Positions 59,043 through 64,000 of a stretch of DNA of 64,000 bases are shown one piece after another. A program made the translations under genes and the position numbers. The number at the start of each line of letters is the position of its first letter. Position 1 is the stretch's first letter. Below the pieces are notes generated by a model. The model saw nothing but the letters and a program-made list of their open reading frames with translations. It was not told the DNA's origin and ran no database searches. The DNA is from Armatimonadota bacterium (lineage in GTDB: Bacteria > Armatimonadota > SYMT01), in NCBI GenBank assembly GCA_041690135.1, contig JAWLHY010000016.1, forward strand, positions 64,001 through 128,000, given 5' to 3'.

Positions 59043-61418
59043 TTACTGCTTGAGCGCTGCCTTCAGCATCGTCTCCACCAGTTGCTTGCGGACGTCGAAA
59101 TTGTTTGTGGCGAATGTCTGCCGGAGTTCCTGCAGCGTCTGGGGTCCGAACGCCTGCGCCGGCTGCTTGACCAGGTGCTGGAAGAGCTGCTCCACAAAGG
59201 CCACCTGGGAATCCTCGCTGGTCGCCAGGTAACTCGCCAGGTCGCGAACGCCCGAGAACTTGAAGGCCTTTCCGTCGCGGGTTTCGTAGCCTCCCGTGGT
59301 GTCGACCGGCTTGCCATTATCCCGGGTGCGGAGGCGCCCGATCGCATCGAACTTCTCCAGAGTAAAGCCCAGAGGGTTGATCAAGTCGTGACACGTGGAG
59401 CAGGCCGCCGGCTTCGTTTGGAGCATCACGCGCTGCCGGGTCGTCAGGTTCGGATGGGCTTCCGCCGGGATGGGGGTTACGGCGTCCGGCGGGGGTTGGA
59501 GCCGCCGTCCCAGGAGACTCCGGGCTACCAGCACTCCCCGGTGGATGGGTGAGGTCTCGTCTGTGTAGGCGAAGCTCGCCAGCACGTACGGGTGCGTGAG
59601 CACGCCGGCCCGCTCGTTCGGCTCCAGGGAGACGGGTTGGAACGGCGCATCCGCCGGGAGCGAGACTCCATAGAGCTTGGCCAGCCGACCGTTGAGATAC
59701 ACCTTGTCGCCCAGGAACAGCTCCCGCACGTCCGAACGCTCGCCCCATACTGCCGCGTCCAGGGTCAACTCCAGCGAGGTCCGGAGATCCGACGCGACCG
59801 CCTCGTCGAAGCCGGGGAAACGCTTGGGGTCCTTCGAAAGGTCGGGATACTGATCGACCTTGAGCCACTGCAAGAAGAACTGCTGGACCTTCGCGCGGGT
59901 GCGAGGATCGGCGGCCATCCGCTCCGCCTGCTTCTGAACCTGTTCCGGGGTGGACAACTGACCCGCCGCCGCCGCCTTCAGCAATTCCGCATCCGGGAAG
60001 GAATCCCACAGCCCAAAGGAAAGCCGGGAAGCCACGGCGTAGGCGTCCTGATCCGCGGTGCCCAGTTCCCGGTAGAGGAACCGCGGGGACTTGAGCGTGA
60101 GTAGTACCACCCGCTTGACCGCCGTTTCCAGGTCCGGCGAGTCGGCAAACTGTCGTGTGACGTAGGTCTGCTCCAACTCCGACGAAAGGGGGCGCCGGAA
60201 GGCCCTCTCCACGAATTGCCGGCAGAAGGCGCGCAGCCTGGTTTCGCGGTCCGGCGCCCCCTCCGCCGCCCCCGAAAGCTCGCGAAGGCGCGTGGCGACG
60301 AACCCGGCGGTCTCCAGGGCGCCTTCGGTGGTCGCTTCTTCCCACGCCTTGGAGATGGAGGTTCCCCGCTCATACCCTTCACTCCGGTCGTCCGGCGGGA
60401 ACGGCGAGGTGACCACGAACACCTCCGGCATGGCGACCGGCATCAGGCAGCGCTGCGGGATCGGTTCTTCCACCCGGTGCGGCGGCTTCCACTCCAGCGA
60501 GAGAGAAGCGGGCAGCGGTGGCTTCTCCTTGAGCTTGGCCAGGTTGTTTACGCCCTGCACGCCCTTGGAGAATTCAAGTCGCAACGGATAGGCGCGCCCA
60601 CCGATGAGGGAGAGGGCCCCCCGATACTCGTTCGCATTCCCGGATTTCACCCGCGCGTCGATCAACGGCTCGCGGCGGTTGTTGACCCAGAGTTGGGCGC
60701 CGTGTTCCGTGCGCACGATGAATTCGTACTCGCCCGTTTCCGGAGCGATGACGGAACCCTCCCACTGCATTGAAAACTGGTAGGGATCGTCCGCCTCGGG
60801 AAGCGGTCCGGTGGTTCCGAAGTTGAACCGGATCTCCGGGTCCACGCGTTCCAGAATGCGCTCGTTCCGCCGCGGACGGGCCGTCTTGTAGTATTCACCA
60901 CGCAGGCCGCGCCGCGCATCCCAGGGCCGGCTCTGCTGAAAGCTTCCCAGCAGGTCCGCCACGGCGTTGCGGTACTGACCCACCGTGAGCCGTGCCAGCT
61001 CCACGCGCGCTGGCTTGAGGCGGGCCTGGGCAATGGGCGAGTAGAAGGCGTCGTAGATGTACGATGCGACCAGTTGGGCGTTGGGGCCCGCGCACTTCTT
61101 GGGGGCGCCGGGAGGCATCGCTTCCGAGATGAAGCGCGCGAGTTGCCCTACCGACTGGTCGCCGATGAGTGGCTTCCGGTAAGCTTTGGTCCCCTCGCCC
61201 TTGGCGCCATGGCACGAGGCACACTGCTGCGCGTAGATTTGCTGGCCGGTCAACTTCTTCTTCGCAGCGACCGCGACGACGGCGGGGCGCTTCTTGCGAG
61301 CCGGCGCCGCGTGGGTCGCCACCATGACCGACAGCGAAGCGAAGAGGGCCAGGCCCAGGGCGGGGTATCGCGGGTTCCGCAAAAGATGGTGAGATAAAAG
61401 GGTGCGATCGTGCATCAT
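59043..61418 (-). CDS. Cytochrome c + PA14 + DUF1595/1592/1588 protein
   Basis: CASCH; PA14 (GLRGEYY..RVDPEIRF..FSMQWEG..ETGEYEF); ASRLSFGLWDS, TSPIHRG, CSTCH; start uncertain. Confidence 0.9.
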   Translation of the reverse strand: MMHDRTLLSHHLLRNPRYPALGLALFASLSVMVATHAAPARKKRPAVVAVAAKKKLTGQQIYAQQCASCHGAKGEGTKAYRKPLIGDQSVGQLARFISEAMPPGAPKKCAGPNAQLVASYIYDAFYSPIAQARLKPARVELARLTVGQYRNAVADLLGSFQQSRPWDARRGLRGEYYKTARPRRNERILERVDPEIRFNFGTTGPLPEADDPYQFSMQWEGSVIAPETGEYEFIVRTEHGAQLWVNNRREPLIDARVKSGNANEYRGALSLIGGRAYPLRLEFSKGVQGVNNLAKLKEKPPLPASLSLEWKPPHRVEEPIPQRCLMPVAMPEVFVVTSPFPPDDRSEGYERGTSISKAWEEATTEGALETAGFVATRLRELSGAAEGAPDRETRLRAFCRQFVERAFRRPLSSELEQTYVTRQFADSPDLETAVKRVVLLTLKSPRFLYRELGTADQDAYAVASRLSFGLWDSFPDAELLKAAAAGQLSTPEQVQKQAERMAADPRTRAKVQQFFLQWLKVDQYPDLSKDPKRFPGFDEAVASDLRTSLELTLDAAVWGERSDVRELFLGDKVYLNGRLAKLYGVSLPADAPFQPVSLEPNERAGVLTHPYVLASFAYTDETSPIHRGVLVARSLLGRRLQPPPDAVTPIPAEAHPNLTTRQRVMLQTKPAACSTCHDLINPLGFTLEKFDAIGRLRTRDNGKPVDTTGGYETRDGKAFKFSGVRDLASYLATSEDSQVAFVEQLFQHLVKQPAQAFGPQTLQELRQTFATNNFDVRKQLVETMLKAALKQ

Positions 61419-61653
61419 CTTCTCCGGCCCGCGCACCGGATGGGGAGAACCGGTCGCAAGCACTTGAACTGAACCTGTGGCCGCACGGCGCCTTTGCCGG
61501 TCGGCAGCGGTTGAAGGTAACTCCAATTTAGGATGCCACGGGACGATGGTTGCTGCCAGCAGCAAAAAAGTGAAACTCCCCGCACGACCGCCTCAATACT
61601 CGCACGCTCACAACCGCCGGTGTCAGCGGAAGAGAAATGCACGTATTGAGTAG

Positions 61654-63543
61654 ATGCGTGAGAAACTGCGAGTGCGGCGCAACGCGCCTCACTGCCGGCA
61701 CCGTGCTACTCCTGACGAACCCGTGAACAAGAAGTTATCGGTCTCGGGCCAATCTGTTTCCCTTCCCCTCCGCTGGTACCTTGTGCTGCTGGTGGTGGGA
61801 ACCCTGTTGCCGGCGGTGGTTTTTGGGGCTGCGCTTCTCCTGCGCCTGGCTAGCGAAGAGCAAGATGCCGCGGAGCGCCGCCTCGCGCATTCGGCGAGGG
61901 TCATGGCGGCATCGATCGAGCGGGAACTCTCCAGCAACGTCCGCACCCTCCGGGCGCTGGCCGAGTCGGAGTACCTGGATCAGGACGATCTGAAGGCATT
62001 CCACGCGCAAGCGATGCGAGTGCAGAGCACTCAGCCCGGGTGGCTGACGGTCCTCTTGCTGAATCCGGATGGACGCCAACTGGTCAATTCTGCGCGGCCC
62101 TGGGGAACGTCCCTAACGGGCGCGCAAGAGCCGGATAGCCTGCGTGCAGTCGTGAAAAGTGGCCGGCCCGTGGTCGGGCGCCTGGCCCGAGGAAAACGAG
62201 GGAACTGGGCTTTTCCCGTCCGGGTGCCCATCAAACGGGCGGGCGAGATCCGCTATGTGCTCACCGCCGCTGTGACGTGGGAGTCGCTGGCGGACGTGGT
62301 CGCCCACCAGCTGCCGCCTCAGGAAGAATGGACGCGGGTCATCGTGGACCAGTCCGGTCGAATCGCGGCGCGGACTCGCAATCCCGAACAGTGGGTCGGA
62401 CAACTCGGCACCCCTTCCTTCATTCAACGGTCCGCCGCTTCCGCAGAGGGAGTTTACCGCGACCGAACAATGGAAGGGACCTCGGTCTATGTAGCCTTCA
62501 GCCGGGTCCCGGGTAGCGGCTGGACCGCCGCGGTAACGGCTCCCGTGCTCGTTGTCGAGAAGTCGGTACGCAGTTCGCTGGCAGCGGTTCTGGTCCTGGG
62601 TCTGGTGCTACTACTGGCCAGTGGAGCGGGAGCATTCTACCTCTCGCGACATGTGTCACAGGGGATCATCTCGGTAGCCGCGGCCGCGGAAGCCCTGGCA
62701 CACGGCGCACGTCCCGTTTCCAAGCCGGCGGGGATTACAGAGGTTGCCCGCCTGGGAGAAGCGCTGGAGCGCTCCGCGGCCCTGCTCCAGGCACGCGAGC
62801 GAGAACGGGATGAACACTTACATCAGGCCGAAGCGGCGCGCGCCGAAGCAGAAGCGGCCAGCCGCGCCAAGGACGAGTTCCTCGCGATGCTCGGCCATGA
62901 ACTGCGCAATCCCCTCTCCCCTATCCTCACCGCCGTGGAGATCATGAAGCTGCGGCAAGCAGGCCAGCCTCGAGAGCTCGGCGTCATCGAGCGGCAGGCG
63001 CATCACCTGACGCGCCTGGTGGACGATCTCCTGGATGTCTCCCGGATCACCCGCGGAAAGATCGAGCTGCGGAAGGAGTCGGTGGACCTGGCCGGCGTCG
63101 TCGCCCGCGCCCTGGAAATGGTTAACCCGCTCCTGGAACAGCGTGAGCATGAGGTTGCAGTCGTCTGTGGCTGCGACGCGCTGCGGGTGGTCGGCGACCC
63201 GGTGCGCTTGGCCCAGGTGATGGCCAACCTCCTCACCAATGCGGCTCGCTATACCGAGCCCGGCGGCCGCATTGAGGTGGTCTCCGAACGGAAAAGCAAC
63301 CAGGCCGTGATCCGGGTCAAGGACAACGGCCAGGGCCTCGCCGCCGACCTGCTGCCACGCGTGTTCGATCTGTTCGTCCAGGGGCCGCGCGCCCTTGCTC
63401 GGCAGGAGGGCGGATTGGGGATTGGCCTGACCCTGGTGCGCAGCCTGGTCGAGATGCACGGCGGCACCGTCGAAGTATCGAGCGACGGTCTGGGGAAAGG
63501 GAGCACCTTCACCGTGCGGCTTCCGCTGGCAGATACCGTTTAA
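61654..63543 (+). CDS. Membrane sensor histidine kinase (Cache-like sensor, HisKA, HATPase)
   Basis: Two TM helices; FLAMLGHELRNPL, NLLTNAARY, DNGQG, GLGIGL, GKGSTF. Real start may be GTG ~61723. Confidence 0.92.
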   Translation: MREKLRVRRNAPHCRHRATPDEPVNKKLSVSGQSVSLPLRWYLVLLVVGTLLPAVVFGAALLLRLASEEQDAAERRLAHSARVMAASIERELSSNVRTLRALAESEYLDQDDLKAFHAQAMRVQSTQPGWLTVLLLNPDGRQLVNSARPWGTSLTGAQEPDSLRAVVKSGRPVVGRLARGKRGNWAFPVRVPIKRAGEIRYVLTAAVTWESLADVVAHQLPPQEEWTRVIVDQSGRIAARTRNPEQWVGQLGTPSFIQRSAASAEGVYRDRTMEGTSVYVAFSRVPGSGWTAAVTAPVLVVEKSVRSSLAAVLVLGLVLLLASGAGAFYLSRHVSQGIISVAAAAEALAHGARPVSKPAGITEVARLGEALERSAALLQARERERDEHLHQAEAARAEAEAASRAKDEFLAMLGHELRNPLSPILTAVEIMKLRQAGQPRELGVIERQAHHLTRLVDDLLDVSRITRGKIELRKESVDLAGVVARALEMVNPLLEQREHEVAVVCGCDALRVVGDPVRLAQVMANLLTNAARYTEPGGRIEVVSERKSNQAVIRVKDNGQGLAADLLPRVFDLFVQGPRALARQEGGLGIGLTLVRSLVEMHGGTVEVSSDGLGKGSTFTVRLPLADTV

Positions 63544-63676
63544 TCATCCGAGCTTTGTGGCATGCCACAGTTGCACTTGGCCGGCATCGCCTGACGCAAA
63601 TCCCGTGTCCGGGTCAGTCACTTGCCTGGAGACCGGGATCACCGTATCGAGGCCGGTCCGCAAAGGAGAATGCCGG

Positions 63677-64000
63677 ATGTTTCGCCGTATCGAAGCCTTA
63701 CAGTACCATGCCAAGCCGGACAAGCCGGATCCTGTATTCGCTCGCCAGCTCCAGGAAGTCCTGGGAGGCCAATGGGGCGAGATGAGTGTGATGATGAGCT
63801 ATCTCTTCCAGGGCTGGAACTGCCGCGGCCCGGCCAAGTACCGGGACATGATCCTGGACATCGCCACCGAGGAGATTGGGCACGTGGAGATGCTGGCGAC
63901 CATGATCGCCCGGCTCCTGGAGCGAGCGCCCCTGGAAGCGCAAGAGGATGCCGCCCGCAACCCGATTGTGGGTGCGATCATGGGCGGCACCGATCCCCAG
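63677..64000 (+). CDS. Manganese catalase family protein (5' part, truncated by window)
   Basis: AAGGAG RBS; manual translation MFRRIEALQYHAKPDKPDPVFARQLQEVLGGQWGEMSVMMSYLFQGWN...DIATEEIGHVEMLATMI. Confidence 0.92.
   Translation, partial: MFRRIEALQYHAKPDKPDPVFARQLQEVLGGQWGEMSVMMSYLFQGWNCRGPAKYRDMILDIATEEIGHVEMLATMIARLLERAPLEAQEDAARNPIVGAIMGGTDPQ

Noticed and set aside
63558-63576. Possible sigma-54 promoter upstream of the Mn-catalase gene
   Set aside because: TGGCA-to-TTGC spacing is 2 nt too long for the -24/-12 consensus.

Overview
GC-rich bacterial chromosomal segment. The prepilin/H-X9-DG gene beginning '[12 protein letters not shown]', together with planctomycete-type DUF modules, suggests Armatimonadota or a similar lineage (inference). 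About 45 CDSs are present: a MocR regulator with a DUF2917 gene, a GH78 rhamnosidase, two PQQ-like propellers, threonine aldolase, two methyltransferases, DegP, a Ser/Thr kinase next to an FHA-ABC transporter, two sulfatases, and three heme-c/DUF modules (DUF1549-1553+DUF1501 and two DUF1592+DUF1552). Also present are a STAND NTPase-TPR protein, one intact and two decayed toxin-antitoxin-like pairs, an ankyrin protein, a MerR/TipA regulator, a histidine kinase, a partial Mn-catalase and tRNA-Lys(UUU). I saw no integrase, transposase, rRNA or CRISPR array. The most notable observations are: (1) a ~135-nt leader of the ankyrin gene that can adopt two mutually exclusive folds next to the RBS; (2) an in-frame ~55-aa insertion in a DUF1553 domain built from three short tandem-repeat arrays, with similar 7-9-nt arrays near several gene ends; (3) an effector-less NLR-like gene bracketed by a 260-bp degenerate duplication just downstream of the tRNA; (4) a CTG-start merR gene with a 19-bp-spacer promoter. 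All family assignments come from motif recognition by eye, not database searches.
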